Position numbers and translations under genes: made by a program. This document shows, piece by piece, positions 30,270 through 40,662 of a stretch of DNA of 64,000 nucleotides. Positions within the stretch are counted from its first letter, which is position 1; the number at the start of each line of letters is the position of its first letter. The stretch spans positions 3,200,001 through 3,264,000 of the forward strand of contig OY759599.1 of assembly GCA_963662465.1 (NCBI GenBank), written 5' to 3'. Under the pieces are notes generated by a model, which saw only the letters and a program-made list of their open reading frames with translations, was not told the DNA's origin and did not search any database. This DNA is from Desulfatiglandales bacterium. GTDB taxonomy: Bacteria > Desulfobacterota > DSM-4660 > Desulfatiglandales > Desulfatiglandaceae.

Positions 30270-31271
30270 ATGTTGATAGAACAAGCCAAAGAAGTACTCC
30301 AAATTGAAGCACAGAGCATACTGGGGCTCATGGAACAGATCGGACCTGCATTTGAAGAAGCCGTTTCGCTCATTCTCAAGGCCAAGGGAAGGGTGATCCT
30401 TACGGGCATGGGAAAATCGGGTCTTGTGGCCAGAAAAATTTCGGCAACCCTCAACAGCACCGGCACCACCTCTTTCTTTCTTCATCCGGCGGAAGCCATC
30501 CACGGGGATCTTGGCATGGCCACGCCGGACGACGTACTCCTGGCCATCTCCAACAGCGGGCATACGGCCGAAATCAATAAAATTTTACCCATACTAAAGG
30601 AAATGGACGTTAAAATAATTTCTTTTACGGGCGGGCTGGATTCGCCCATGGCCCATCACAGCGACGTGGTCATCGATGTGGGCGTGGAAAGAGAAGCCTG
30701 TCCCTTGGGCCTGGCGCCCACAGCAAGCACAACGGCAGCCCTTGCCATGGGCGATGCGCTGGCAGTGGTGCTGCTGAAAAGCCGTCACTTCAGCAAAAAA
30801 GATTTCAGGCGGTTCCATCCCGGGGGGAGTCTAGGGGAAAGGATGACGTTCAAAGTCAAGGATGTCATGGTCACCGACGACCATGTGCCCATGGTAATCT
30901 TAGGCACGGGCATTCCTCAGGCACTCATTGAAATCAACAACAAAAAAATGGGCGCCGCCCTGGTTGTAGACCGGGATCAAAGGCTTATGGGCATCATCAG
31001 CGACGGGGACTTGCGAAGAGCGCTGACCCGGGGGGATGACATTTACCGAAAAAAGGTTGAGGATATCATGAGTGCCACACCCAAAACAATCGGTGAAAGC
31101 GAAACCTCGGCGGAAGCACTCGCATTGATGGAACTACACTCCATCACCCACCTCATTATTGTGGACGATCATCAAAAGGTCAAAGGGATGGTTCATCTTC
31201 ATGACCTGTTAGGAAGGGAGGGATTCAAAGTCAATGGAAAATTGCAGAGCGCCAAGGGGGCTCATCGTTGA
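30270..31271 (+). CDS. kdsD: Arabinose-5-phosphate isomerase KdsD/KpsF
   Basis: TGMGKSG, EAIHGDLG, APTASTT, FHPGG; SIS+CBS. Confidence 0.95.
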   Translation: MLIEQAKEVLQIEAQSILGLMEQIGPAFEEAVSLILKAKGRVILTGMGKSGLVARKISATLNSTGTTSFFLHPAEAIHGDLGMATPDDVLLAISNSGHTAEINKILPILKEMDVKIISFTGGLDSPMAHHSDVVIDVGVEREACPLGLAPTASTTAALAMGDALAVVLLKSRHFSKKDFRRFHPGGSLGERMTFKVKDVMVTDDHVPMVILGTGIPQALIEINNKKMGAALVVDRDQRLMGIISDGDLRRALTRGDDIYRKKVEDIMSATPKTIGESETSAEALALMELHSITHLIIVDDHQKVKGMVHLHDLLGREGFKVNGKLQSAKGAHR

Positions 31272-32187
31272 TCTCATAACCCCCCTTAAAAACGATGGCG
31301 CCATTGACGAGACAGGGCTGGAAAGGCTGATCGAGCGTGTGGCGCCGCATGCACAGGCCATACTTCTGGCTGGCCCCCGGCATGGTGAAGGCGAGGGCCT
31401 GGGAACGGACCTTCGGCATGAATTACTGATGAAAGCCATGGCTGCCATGGCCGACCGTCCCATATCACTGTTCATGTGGATCACCGGGAATACGGAAACG
31501 GAAACCAGGGAAAACATCCTGGCGTTGCAGAAAAGATTAGGGAACCATCGCCCAAAGGACGGCCTTTTCTGGGTGGATACGCCCCTGGCCTATCACAGCA
31601 ATCGCGGACTGCCCGATTTTTATCGCGAGCTGGAGACCATGGTAAAATATCCGCTGGTTCTCCACAACGACCCGGACTGTATTCACCCCTCCAGGCCTTT
31701 CAAGCGGCGCAATATCAGAACGGCGGTTTTAAAAGAACTGGTCCGGATTGAAGGGATCGTGGGCCTTATCTTTTCAGGGTCACTGGAAAGAGCCCATCAT
31801 TACCAGAAGGCCTGTCGGAAAAGGCCGCATTTCAGGCTCTACGATGGCGATGAAACCCGTTTTCTGGGGCACCCCAGCATGGGCGGCGTAACTTCCGTAG
31901 GTGCGAATCTGGCGCCCGGCGCCTGGGGGAAAATCACCCGGTCATCGCTTCAGCTGCATGCCCACCGGGAGAATTACCCCGACCGACTTCAGCAAATATG
32001 GGAATCGGGAGACTATTTGAGCAATCTGGTGACGCTTTACCATCAGACGCCCGTACCCATCATCAAAACAATTCTTTCGGACATGGGCATCATCGAAACG
32101 ACTGAAATCCTGCAGTCCGCGGCATTTGAACAAGAGGCCGTCACAACCCTGAAAAGACTGATGCGTGATTTTGGAGATTACACCTGA
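31234..32187 (+). CDS. DapA-like (class I aldolase fold) protein, probably catalytically divergent
   Basis: LITPL..DGAID...L, GEG..L, PLVLHN; Schiff-base Lys position reads IVGLIFSG. Confidence 0.7.
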   Translation: MENCRAPRGLIVDLITPLKNDGAIDETGLERLIERVAPHAQAILLAGPRHGEGEGLGTDLRHELLMKAMAAMADRPISLFMWITGNTETETRENILALQKRLGNHRPKDGLFWVDTPLAYHSNRGLPDFYRELETMVKYPLVLHNDPDCIHPSRPFKRRNIRTAVLKELVRIEGIVGLIFSGSLERAHHYQKACRKRPHFRLYDGDETRFLGHPSMGGVTSVGANLAPGAWGKITRSSLQLHAHRENYPDRLQQIWESGDYLSNLVTLYHQTPVPIIKTILSDMGIIETTEILQSAAFEQEAVTTLKRLMRDFGDYT

Positions 32188-32226
32188 AGCGGCGAACCGC
32201 GGTTTTGAGTTTTTAAGTTCGGCCTC

Positions 32227-33147
32227 TCACTTTTCGATCTGGTTCAGCCGGTATTGGTAATAAGCGTCCCGCATGGCCACATAGGGATCCAAAGCGGCGT
32301 CCTTCAGAGCCTCATACTCGCCGATACGAAGGGATGTCTTATTCACCATGTCGAAGGCCCGACCTCCCATATTGGGCCAGAAGTCCTCCACAATATAGTC
32401 CCATGGATTAAGATAGAGCCCTCCCACCCAACCCGCGGTATCGCGCAGGCTGCTAGCCCCCAGAAAGGGCAGATTCAGGTAAAACCCCGGTCCGATGCCG
32501 TAAAAAGCAAACACCTGCCCCAGATCCTCATCCTGCACCGGATAATCCAGTGCCACTTTAGCCACATCCTGGAATCCCAGAAATCCCGCGGACGAATTGA
32601 CCATAAACCGCACCAGGGTGATTCCCACGCCTTTGATCTTCCCTTGCAACAGGCAGCTGACGAGGCGAATGGGCATGCTTAGATTCATGAAAAAATTCCG
32701 CACGGAAAGCCGTAAGACTTCCGGCATCACAGTGCTGTATCCTTCGGCAACGGGTTTAAAAAACCAAAAATAGACCTTGTCGTTAAATTCAAAAAAGGCG
32801 CGATTCATCGGTTCAAGGGGGTCGGGGAACAGCGACTCTTCCGGCGCTTCATCCGCTGGCCAGTCTTCCGCTCCTTCCGGCGCTTCGGAAGATTTTCCCT
32901 CTGTTGACACTCCCCCCTCTGAGATGTTCGCCTTGGCGCGGTCCTGATCCAAACGGGTCATTCGAATCAACTCATGATTTTCCACACCGGCATCAAAGAA
33001 CAGGTTATTTTCCTGAAAAGGTGCGGCCGCGGCCCAGGTTGCGTCGCTCCAGCAAAGTATTCCAGTAAAAACCATTCCAAAAACCAAAATAAATGTCAAT
33101 CGATTGCGAAATCCCATGAATCGGTTCCTCTCATCAGAGCCCACCAT
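32227..33147 (-). CDS. mlaA: MlaA/VacJ lipid asymmetry protein
   Basis: DPLEPMNRAFFEFND, EDLGQ, DPYVAMRDAY. Confidence 0.92.
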   Translation of the reverse strand: MVGSDERNRFMGFRNRLTFILVFGMVFTGILCWSDATWAAAAPFQENNLFFDAGVENHELIRMTRLDQDRAKANISEGGVSTEGKSSEAPEGAEDWPADEAPEESLFPDPLEPMNRAFFEFNDKVYFWFFKPVAEGYSTVMPEVLRLSVRNFFMNLSMPIRLVSCLLQGKIKGVGITLVRFMVNSSAGFLGFQDVAKVALDYPVQDEDLGQVFAFYGIGPGFYLNLPFLGASSLRDTAGWVGGLYLNPWDYIVEDFWPNMGGRAFDMVNKTSLRIGEYEALKDAALDPYVAMRDAYYQYRLNQIEK

Positions 33148-33148
33148 T

Positions 33149-33769
33149 CTAATCCTTCTCCGCCACTTTTTCCCTTAGCTTTTTAACCAAACCATTATAA
33201 GAAGAACTCAATATGATACTATTAAACTGCTTTCGATAGTTGTTGACCAGGCTGACACCCTCGATAGAAATATCATACACCAGCCAACCCTTGTTTTCAT
33301 TTTTCACCCGGTACAGAACCAGCACATCCGTGTTGGAATGGGTGAGAATCTTTGCGGTAACGGTTCCATATTTTCCATCAATTGTCTCATCTACGTAAGA
33401 CACTTTTTCACCGGAATAACTGCCCACCTTGTTCAGGTAGGTACGCTCCAGCAATTTCCCGAAAAGTTCGATAAATTCCTTTCTTTCCCCTGTGGTCCTC
33501 TCTTTCCAATACCTGGCAAGGGATCTCTGGGTCATGGCCTCCCAGTCAAACCGCTCATCCACTGCCTGTCTGATTAATTGCCCCCGCTTTTTCTCATTTT
33601 CAGGACCCTTTAAGCCCGGATCAGTAACAATGGCGAGGATACGATCGGTTGTCTCTTTGATCCCATCGGTGGGGGCTCCGGCAAAACAGGGCACGGAAAG
33701 CACCATACTCAACAAAACACTCCGAAAAAAGAGAAGAAAGAAATATCGCATTCGGTGTTTTTCCATCAT
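33149..33769 (-). CDS. mlaC: MlaC phospholipid shuttle
   Basis: WLVYDISIEGVSLVNNYRKQF. Confidence 0.92.
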   Translation of the reverse strand: MMEKHRMRYFFLLFFRSVLLSMVLSVPCFAGAPTDGIKETTDRILAIVTDPGLKGPENEKKRGQLIRQAVDERFDWEAMTQRSLARYWKERTTGERKEFIELFGKLLERTYLNKVGSYSGEKVSYVDETIDGKYGTVTAKILTHSNTDVLVLYRVKNENKGWLVYDISIEGVSLVNNYRKQFNSIILSSSYNGLVKKLREKVAEKD

Positions 33770-33795
33770 AAAAGTCTCCCACTTTCGATCTATTG

Positions 33796-34236
33796 TTAAA
33801 GCTTGCCAAAAACATAATTGGAGATCAACTGCTCCAGATCAACGGCGGACTGGGTATCTCTGATTTTTCCGCCCGGGCCGATCATCTCTTCAGCGCCGCC
33901 CGGCGTGATCTCAATATATTTGTCGCCGATCAACCCCCGGGTTTTGATGGAAGCGATGGCATCCTCTTGAATCTTCACATTAAGGGGAAAATTCATTACC
34001 ACCCGGGCCTGATAATCATCCAGACCGACCTGTCTGACCCGGCCGATTTCCACCCCGGCAATCACCACGGATGAACCGGATTTGATACCGCCCCCGTTTG
34101 AAAAGACGGCCTCGACCTCATACCCCTGACTACCCAGGATCTCCAGTTTCCCCAACTTGATGGAAAGATACCCCAGGCAAACAATCCCCAAAATCATAAA
34201 GAGGCCCACGCTCAACTCAAGATCAAATTTCTTCAT
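33796..34236 (-). CDS. mlaD: MlaD MCE protein
   Basis: AGVEIGRV, IKTRGLIGDKYI. Confidence 0.92.
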   Translation of the reverse strand: MKKFDLELSVGLFMILGIVCLGYLSIKLGKLEILGSQGYEVEAVFSNGGGIKSGSSVVIAGVEIGRVRQVGLDDYQARVVMNFPLNVKIQEDAIASIKTRGLIGDKYIEITPGGAEEMIGPGGKIRDTQSAVDLEQLISNYVFGKL

Positions 34237-34306
34237 CTGTTTTCTTTCCCCTGTCAAAAAGCAATTCGCGTTTAGCCATTGGCTTTGCCCTCACTGAGCC
34301 TGAAGC

Positions 34307-35026
34307 CTAAACGCTCAGGAATGCGCGAATCAACGGATCCCGGCTCTCGATAAAGTCCGACGGCGTGCCCTCTGCCCGGACCACCCCCTCATGCAGCATG
34401 ACCACTCGATCCACAATGGCAAAAACCTTCGGAATTTCATGGGTAACAATAATGCCTGTAAACGAGAGTCGCCGGTGGCAGGCGTCGATGAGTTTTAAAA
34501 TCGACTGGCCGGTCACAGGATCCAGCCCGGTTGTGGGTTCATCAAAAAGCATGATTTCAGGATCCCCCACCAGTGCCCTGGCCAGTGCCGCCCGCTTCAC
34601 CATGCCCCCGCTGATTTGAGAGGGATAGCGATTTTCCGATCCGGAAAGCCCGACGTTTTCCAGCTCCTTTAAAACCCTTTCCCGAATGACGCCGCGGCTT
34701 AGTTTGCTTTTTTCTTTCAAAGGGAACGCGACATTTTCAAAAACATTCATGGAATCAAACAGTGCCCCTCCCTGGAAAAGAAAGCCTAATCGCTCCCTGA
34801 AAACACCCAGGGTTTTCCGTTTGGACCCGCTTATTTCCTTGCCATCCACCATCACGCGTCCACGATCCGGATTCATCAAGCCGGCCACATGTTTTAACAA
34901 CACGCTCTTACCGCCGCCGCTTCCCCCCACCAGAGCGAATACCTGTCCCTTGCGCACTTCAAAGGAGATGCCTTTGAGTACGTCATGCCCATCAAACGAT
35001 TTCCGTAAATCTTCAATTTTGATCAT
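34307..35026 (-). CDS. mlaF: MlaF ABC ATPase
   Basis: GGSGGGKS, ISGGMVKR, FDEPTTGLDP. Confidence 0.92.
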   Translation of the reverse strand: MIKIEDLRKSFDGHDVLKGISFEVRKGQVFALVGGSGGGKSVLLKHVAGLMNPDRGRVMVDGKEISGSKRKTLGVFRERLGFLFQGGALFDSMNVFENVAFPLKEKSKLSRGVIRERVLKELENVGLSGSENRYPSQISGGMVKRAALARALVGDPEIMLFDEPTTGLDPVTGQSILKLIDACHRRLSFTGIIVTHEIPKVFAIVDRVVMLHEGVVRAEGTPSDFIESRDPLIRAFLSV

Positions 35027-35082
35027 CAGGCGTTTACCTACCCTCTACCCGCCACGGGCAGGATCTATTATAAAACAAGGTG

Positions 35083-35853
35083 TCAAAACAGTATGGACGT
35101 CATAAAATAATCCCAGACCAGAATCAACACGGATGACTGCACCACGGCCTGGGTGGTGGCCTTGCTCACCCCTTCCGAGCCGAATCCCGTATATATCCCC
35201 GTATAATAACCTTTAAAACAACAGACCCAGGCAATGATCACACCGAAACTCAGGGATTTGTAAACGCCTTCCAGAACGTCCTGGATTTCCACATAATGGG
35301 CCATTTCTCCGAAGTAGGTGCCGGCGCCGACCCCCAGCAACTCACCCCCGATCAGGTATCCGCCAAAAATCCCCATCACATCAAAAATCGCGGTTAACAG
35401 CGGGACGGAAATGATGGCGGCAAACAGATTGGGGACCACCAAATAACGATAAGGATTCAGTCCCATCAGTTCCAGGGCGTCGATCTGCTCGCTGATGCGC
35501 ATAATTCCGATTTCAGCGGCAACAGCGGACCCCGCCCTTCCGGTCACCATGAGAGCGGCAATAACAGGCCCCAGTTCCTTGATCAGGGCCAGCCCCACCA
35601 TGGGGCCTAGGAAAGCATCGGAACCAAAACGACTTAAGCTGTAGAACCCCTGAAACCCTAACACCATGCCTGAAAATCCTCCGGTCAGCAGGATCAGCAG
35701 GATCGATTGAAATCCAATGAACCGGATCTGCTTGAGACATCTGGAAATTTTAAGGGGTGGAATAAGAGCGTACAAAAGGGTCTTTTGCAAAAAAATACCC
35801 ATGGCGCCCATTCTTCGAACATGTTCCAGTGTGAAAAAACCGATTTTCCGCAT
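35083..35853 (-). CDS. mlaE: MlaE ABC permease
   Basis: KELGPV..GRAGSA.AAEIG.MRISEQIDALE. Confidence 0.93.
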   Translation of the reverse strand: MRKIGFFTLEHVRRMGAMGIFLQKTLLYALIPPLKISRCLKQIRFIGFQSILLILLTGGFSGMVLGFQGFYSLSRFGSDAFLGPMVGLALIKELGPVIAALMVTGRAGSAVAAEIGIMRISEQIDALELMGLNPYRYLVVPNLFAAIISVPLLTAIFDVMGIFGGYLIGGELLGVGAGTYFGEMAHYVEIQDVLEGVYKSLSFGVIIAWVCCFKGYYTGIYTGFGSEGVSKATTQAVVQSSVLILVWDYFMTSILF

Positions 35854-36036
35854 AACCCTGGGAACAAATGGGATAAAACCCGCGTTATGTGTTAAAACTT
35901 TTCCGATGTTGAAATTCCCTTCGTTTTGTAATAGAAAAGAAGCTATTAGCTATTAGCTGTTAGCCTGGTTCCCATGCGCCTTGGGTAGAACGGGAAAGCC
36001 TGGGACCGTCAACCGAAGTTTCATACGGAAGTCTTC

Positions 36037-36507
36037 ATGCCGAAAATCAAAATTATTGTGGTCGGCAACACCAAATCGTCCTTCCTCAAAGAGGGGGAAT
36101 TATTTTATCTCAAACGCCTCAGGCAATACATTCCCATCGAGTGGATCGTAGTCAAACCCGAGAAAATTTCAAAGGGAGCCCGAAAGGAAGGATTGCTGGC
36201 CTTGGAAGGTCGCTCCATCCTGAAGAAACTCCATTCCAGGGATCATATCATCACCCTCGACATCGCAGGGAAAGAATACTCTTCTGAAGCGCTTTCCCGC
36301 CGAATTGATCGGTTATCATGGAAGGGAGATCCCCTGTGTTTTATTATCGGAGGCCCTTTAGGGATTTCAAAAGAAATCCTGCGCGGCGCCCATGAAACGC
36401 TATCGCTTTCAAGACTGACCCTCACCCATGAAATGAGCCGCACGCTTCTCCTGGAGCAGCTCTATAGAGCGTTTACCATCATGAGAGGTGAAAAATACCA
36501 CAAGTAA
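36037..36507 (+). CDS. rlmH: 23S rRNA pseudouridine-1915 methyltransferase
   Basis: FIIGGPLG, LLEQLYRAFTI..GEKYHK. Confidence 0.95.
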   Translation: MPKIKIIVVGNTKSSFLKEGELFYLKRLRQYIPIEWIVVKPEKISKGARKEGLLALEGRSILKKLHSRDHIITLDIAGKEYSSEALSRRIDRLSWKGDPLCFIIGGPLGISKEILRGAHETLSLSRLTLTHEMSRTLLLEQLYRAFTIMRGEKYHK

Positions 36508-36541
36508 AACCCCGGCGCCCTGCCGCCGATCGATTCAGGGC

Positions 36542-36904
36542 CTATTCCTTGGAAGCTTCAAGGGCCATGGCGATCTTGTTCTTCAGCTCCGACAGATCAA
36601 ACGATTTGATGACATAGAAATCTGCGGCGATGGATTTCATGTTCTCCTTGAAAGTATCGTAGGCAGTACATAACACCACCGGCAAATCATAAAATTTATT
36701 TCGGATATCCTGCAAAAGATCGAGGCCGTTATAATCCACCATTTTGATGTCAAGAACCACCAGATCAGGTTTCTCTTTCTCGATCTTTTCCAATAACATA
36801 TAACCATTCTCCGCCGTAATGACCTCGTAGCCGGCATCACTCAATTCCTCGGAGTACAGATATCGAATATGTTCTTCATCGTCTACAATCAGGATTTTGG
36901 CCAT
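36542..36904 (-). CDS. Single-domain response regulator
   Basis: ILIVDDE, VLDIKM. Confidence 0.9.
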   Translation of the reverse strand: MAKILIVDDEEHIRYLYSEELSDAGYEVITAENGYMLLEKIEKEKPDLVVLDIKMVDYNGLDLLQDIRNKFYDLPVVLCTAYDTFKENMKSIAADFYVIKSFDLSELKNKIAMALEASKE

Positions 36905-37580
36905 AATTTTTCTCCACAAATTTTAAAAATTACACCGAACACGCGCTATTATTTTCCGTCCGGCGGATGAACCCGATTATTTAACAGTATATTATATCAA
37001 AAGCAAATGGCGTTTGCAAATCAACCCTAAAACTTTTTTGAGTTTCTCTCAAAAAAAAGCCCCCAATCATCCGGGGGTCTTTTTTTTGAGAGCATTTCAT
37101 ATTGGATGGCAAAACCGGCTACCACTCCTGATCCAAATCAACCTCGTCCCTTTCGTACTGAGCGTTTCTCAACGCATTGGCCTTTTTGATCTCTTTATGA
37201 TCAGCGGTTCCATCAAATTAACCTCCTCCATTCACCTTCCAGCCTATTATCCGCATTATATTAGTCACATATTTCTAGGACCTTCCGGGATAAATGTCAA
37301 TCAGGAAATAAAAAAACCGCGGGGATGCTCGAAACAGGTTCGGGAAATCACTCAAAAAATCACTTTGGCCATAGCTATATTGTGAATAAACCTGTTGCCA
37401 ATTTTATTTTCATACGGTAAGAGATACACACTTCAAGGTGGTTGGCTGGAAGTTGGCAGGAAACCTTCGTGGCGTCAAGAAATTATTGAATATTTAAGAC
37501 ATATCATATTCATATAGGCTGCTGCTTTCTGCAATCAATTTAACATTAATACAGTTTATTTAGGAAAAGGAGATTATTTT

Positions 37581-38747
37581 ATGGATTTTGGGTTAAGCGA
37601 AGAATTGCAGATGCTCCGCGATATGGCACGTGATTTTGCCGCTGAAAAAATCGCTCCATTTGCGGACGAATGGGATGAAAAGCATTATTTCCCCTATGAA
37701 GAAGTTGTCAAGCCCATGGGAGAACTGGGTTTTTTCGGCACCGTCATCCCCGAGGAATACGGCGGAAATGAAATGGGCTGGCTGGCGGCCATCATTTTAA
37801 CCGAAGAAATTGCCAGGGCGTCCAGTTCCCTTCGGGTTCAAATCAACATGTTGACCCTCGGCTGCGCATTTACCATCTACCGTTACAGCACCAGTGATGA
37901 AGTCAAGAAAAAATACATTCCGAAACTGGTCAGCGCCGAATACATGGGCGGCTTCGGCATTACCGAACCGAATGCCGGTTCAGACGTGATGGCCATGAAA
38001 TCCACGGCACAGGACAAAGGGGACCACTGGCTGTTGAATGGCTCAAAAACCTGGATATCGAATACCAGAGTGGCTGACGCCCTCATATTTTATGCCTATA
38101 CGGACAGGGAAGCCAGGGGCAGAGGCCTGTCCGCATTCGTGATTGAGCCCAAAAATTTCAACGGCATTTCCACCACGGATCTGGACAAAATGGGATCCAG
38201 ATCATCGCCAACCGGTGAAATCATTCTCGAGGACACCAAGGTTCCCAAAGAAAATCTGCTGGGAAAACCGGGCGACGGCGCCAAAATCGTCTTCGGCTCC
38301 CTGAACCAGACCCGACTTTCCGCCGCTGCCGGCGGCATCGGCCTGGCACAGGCCTGTCTGGACGCGGCCACAGCCTATTGTCAGGAAAGAGAGCAGTTCG
38401 GAAAACCCATCGGCCAGTTCCAAATGAACCAGGATCTGATAGCACAAATTACCACGGAGATCGAAGCAGCCCGACTGATCGTTTACAAGGCGGCCTGGCA
38501 GAAAGACCAGGGCAATTTGGGGAACACCCTTGAGGTGGCTCAGGCCAAATATCTGGCAGGAGAAATTGCGGTCAAAGCAAGTCATGTAGCCCTGAAAATT
38601 CTCGGCGCCTACGGCTACTCAACGGAATACCCGGTAGCGCGGTATTACCGGGACGCCCCCACTTATCAAATGGTGGAAGGCTCCAGCAATATCTGTAAGT
38701 GGATCATTGCCCTGGATCAGTTGGGCATTCGAAAAGCGAACCGATAA
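37581..38747 (+). CDS. acd: Acyl-CoA dehydrogenase, probably non-decarboxylating glutaryl-CoA dehydrogenase
   Basis: ACAD motifs (ITEPNAGSD, NGSKTWIS, REQFG, VEGSSNI) adjacent to glutaconyl-CoA decarboxylase. Confidence 0.85.
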   Translation: MDFGLSEELQMLRDMARDFAAEKIAPFADEWDEKHYFPYEEVVKPMGELGFFGTVIPEEYGGNEMGWLAAIILTEEIARASSSLRVQINMLTLGCAFTIYRYSTSDEVKKKYIPKLVSAEYMGGFGITEPNAGSDVMAMKSTAQDKGDHWLLNGSKTWISNTRVADALIFYAYTDREARGRGLSAFVIEPKNFNGISTTDLDKMGSRSSPTGEIILEDTKVPKENLLGKPGDGAKIVFGSLNQTRLSAAAGGIGLAQACLDAATAYCQEREQFGKPIGQFQMNQDLIAQITTEIEAARLIVYKAAWQKDQGNLGNTLEVAQAKYLAGEIAVKASHVALKILGAYGYSTEYPVARYYRDAPTYQMVEGSSNICKWIIALDQLGIRKANR

Positions 38748-38769
38748 AGGATGTTAAACGGAGGAAGCA

Positions 38770-40503
38770 ATGAAACCATATTTTGAAAAAATGACCCCTT
38801 TCGGCAAACCGCTCACTGATAAACAAATTGAAGCGGCCAAAGAAAACGTAGCGGATATCAAAGGGGTTGAAAAGCAAGTGGCAGAGGCGGTCGAAACCGT
38901 CAAAAATGCGGGTCTCCCTGAAAAGATTCTCAAAAAACGCGGACAACTGAATGTCTGGGAACGCATCGACTACCTCATTGATCCAGGCACCTGGTGTCCC
39001 CTTCACACCCTTTATGATCCCCAGTTCAATGAAGAAGGCACCACCGGGGTCATCGACGGACTGGCCAAAATCAACGGCAAATGGGCCGTTGTGATCGGTT
39101 TCAACAATAAAGTCATGGCTGGCGCATGGATTTCCGGACAGGCGGACAACCAGCTTCGGGTCACGGATATGGCCAAACGACTGCACGTCCCCCTGGTGTG
39201 GATCGTGAACTGCAGCGGCGTAAAACTGCCGGAGCAACAGGAAGTCTATGCCAACCGACGCGGCAACGGCACCACCTTCTACCGCCATGCGGAACTGGAA
39301 AAACTGGGCGTGCCCATCCTGGCCGGCATCTACGGCACCAACCCCGCGGGCGGCGGATACCAGGGGATCAGTCCCACCATCCTGTTGGCCCACAAAGACG
39401 CCAATATCGCGGTAGGAGGCGGCGGCATTGTCAGCGGCATGAGCCCCAAGGGTTCTTTTGACGAAGACGGCGCCGAGCAACTGATCGAATCCACGCGTCA
39501 CTTTAAAGAAGTTCCTCCGGGCAGCGTCCCCATCCATTTCAATGAAACGGGCTTCTTCAAAGAGGTTTATGAAACCGAAGAAGGCGTCCTGGACGCCCTC
39601 AAGAAGTATGTGGACATGTGCCCGGCCTATGATCCTAACTTTTTCAGGGTTGCCGAACCCAAAGAACCCAAGTTTTCAGGGGAAGACATTAACAGCATCA
39701 TCGCCTTCAACCAGAAACGAAGCTACAGCCTGGACGAAATGATGGCCCGCATCTTCGACAACAGCGAGCATATGGAATTCAGACCCGGCTACGGCCCCGA
39801 GGTCTACACGGGATTGGCCAAAATCGACGGATTGCTGATGGCCTTTATCGGAAATCGGCAGGGGTTCCTCGGCGCTAAATATCCTGAATATGCACCTTAC
39901 CCGGGGATCGGCGGAAAGTTGTACCGTCAGGGCCTGATCAAAATGAATGAATTTGTCACCCTTTGCGGTCGCGACCGGGTGCCCATCGTATGGTTCCAGG
40001 ACACCAGCGGCATCGATGTGGGAGATATTGCGGAAAAAGCGGAACTCCTGGGGCTGGGTCAGTCGCTCATTTATTCCATTGAGCAAACGGACGTCCCCCA
40101 GATCTGTATCGTTCTTCGGAAGGGAACCGCGGCGGCCCATTACATCATGGGAGGCCCCACCAGCAACAACCACAATGCCTTTACCCTGGGGACCCCCACC
40201 ACGGAAATTTACGTGATGCATGGTGAAACAGCAGCTGCCGCTTCCTTTGCGCGACGGCTGGTCAAGGAAAAGGATGCCGGTCGCCCATTAGGGCCCGTCA
40301 TTGAGAAAATGAATGATTTGGCCCAGCAGTATCATGATAATTCCAGACCCATATACTGCGCCAACAGGGGCTATGTGGACGAAATCGTCTCATATCCCAT
40401 GCTGAGAAAATACATTGCCGCCTTTGCCGGTTGTGCGTACCAGAATCCCACCTCCATCTGCCCGCACCACCACATGATGCTTCCCAGAATTATCAAGGGA
40501 TAA
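38770..40503 (+). CDS. gcdA: Glutaconyl-CoA decarboxylase alpha (carboxyltransferase) subunit
   Basis: GTNPAGGGY, QDTSGIDVGDIAEKAELLGLGQSLIYSI, RKGTAAAHY, VMHGETAA. Confidence 0.9.
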   Translation: MKPYFEKMTPFGKPLTDKQIEAAKENVADIKGVEKQVAEAVETVKNAGLPEKILKKRGQLNVWERIDYLIDPGTWCPLHTLYDPQFNEEGTTGVIDGLAKINGKWAVVIGFNNKVMAGAWISGQADNQLRVTDMAKRLHVPLVWIVNCSGVKLPEQQEVYANRRGNGTTFYRHAELEKLGVPILAGIYGTNPAGGGYQGISPTILLAHKDANIAVGGGGIVSGMSPKGSFDEDGAEQLIESTRHFKEVPPGSVPIHFNETGFFKEVYETEEGVLDALKKYVDMCPAYDPNFFRVAEPKEPKFSGEDINSIIAFNQKRSYSLDEMMARIFDNSEHMEFRPGYGPEVYTGLAKIDGLLMAFIGNRQGFLGAKYPEYAPYPGIGGKLYRQGLIKMNEFVTLCGRDRVPIVWFQDTSGIDVGDIAEKAELLGLGQSLIYSIEQTDVPQICIVLRKGTAAAHYIMGGPTSNNHNAFTLGTPTTEIYVMHGETAAAASFARRLVKEKDAGRPLGPVIEKMNDLAQQYHDNSRPIYCANRGYVDEIVSYPMLRKYIAAFAGCAYQNPTSICPHHHMMLPRIIKG

Positions 40504-40515
40504 CACGCCTCAAAC

Positions 40516-40554
40516 AAAAAAGAGCGGGTTCCGTTGAAGGAACCCGCTCTTTTT
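40516..40554. terminator. Bidirectional intrinsic terminator
   Basis: aaaaaagagcgggttcc-gttgaa-ggaacccgctcttttt between convergent genes. Confidence 0.85.
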
Positions 40555-40662
40555 AATAGACTTCCAGGCCGGAAACCATTTGCCACGATATTTAAACCCC
40601 ATGATGGACATGGCTCGCGCTGTCCACAATTACCGGGAAACAACAGTCGTCATCCAAATACC

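Noticed and set aside
36920..37580. tRNA/ncRNA or 123-aa ORF in the long intergenic region
   Set aside because: No cloverleaf or recognisable riboswitch; only a terminator-like hairpin near 37051-37088; the ORF has no motifs
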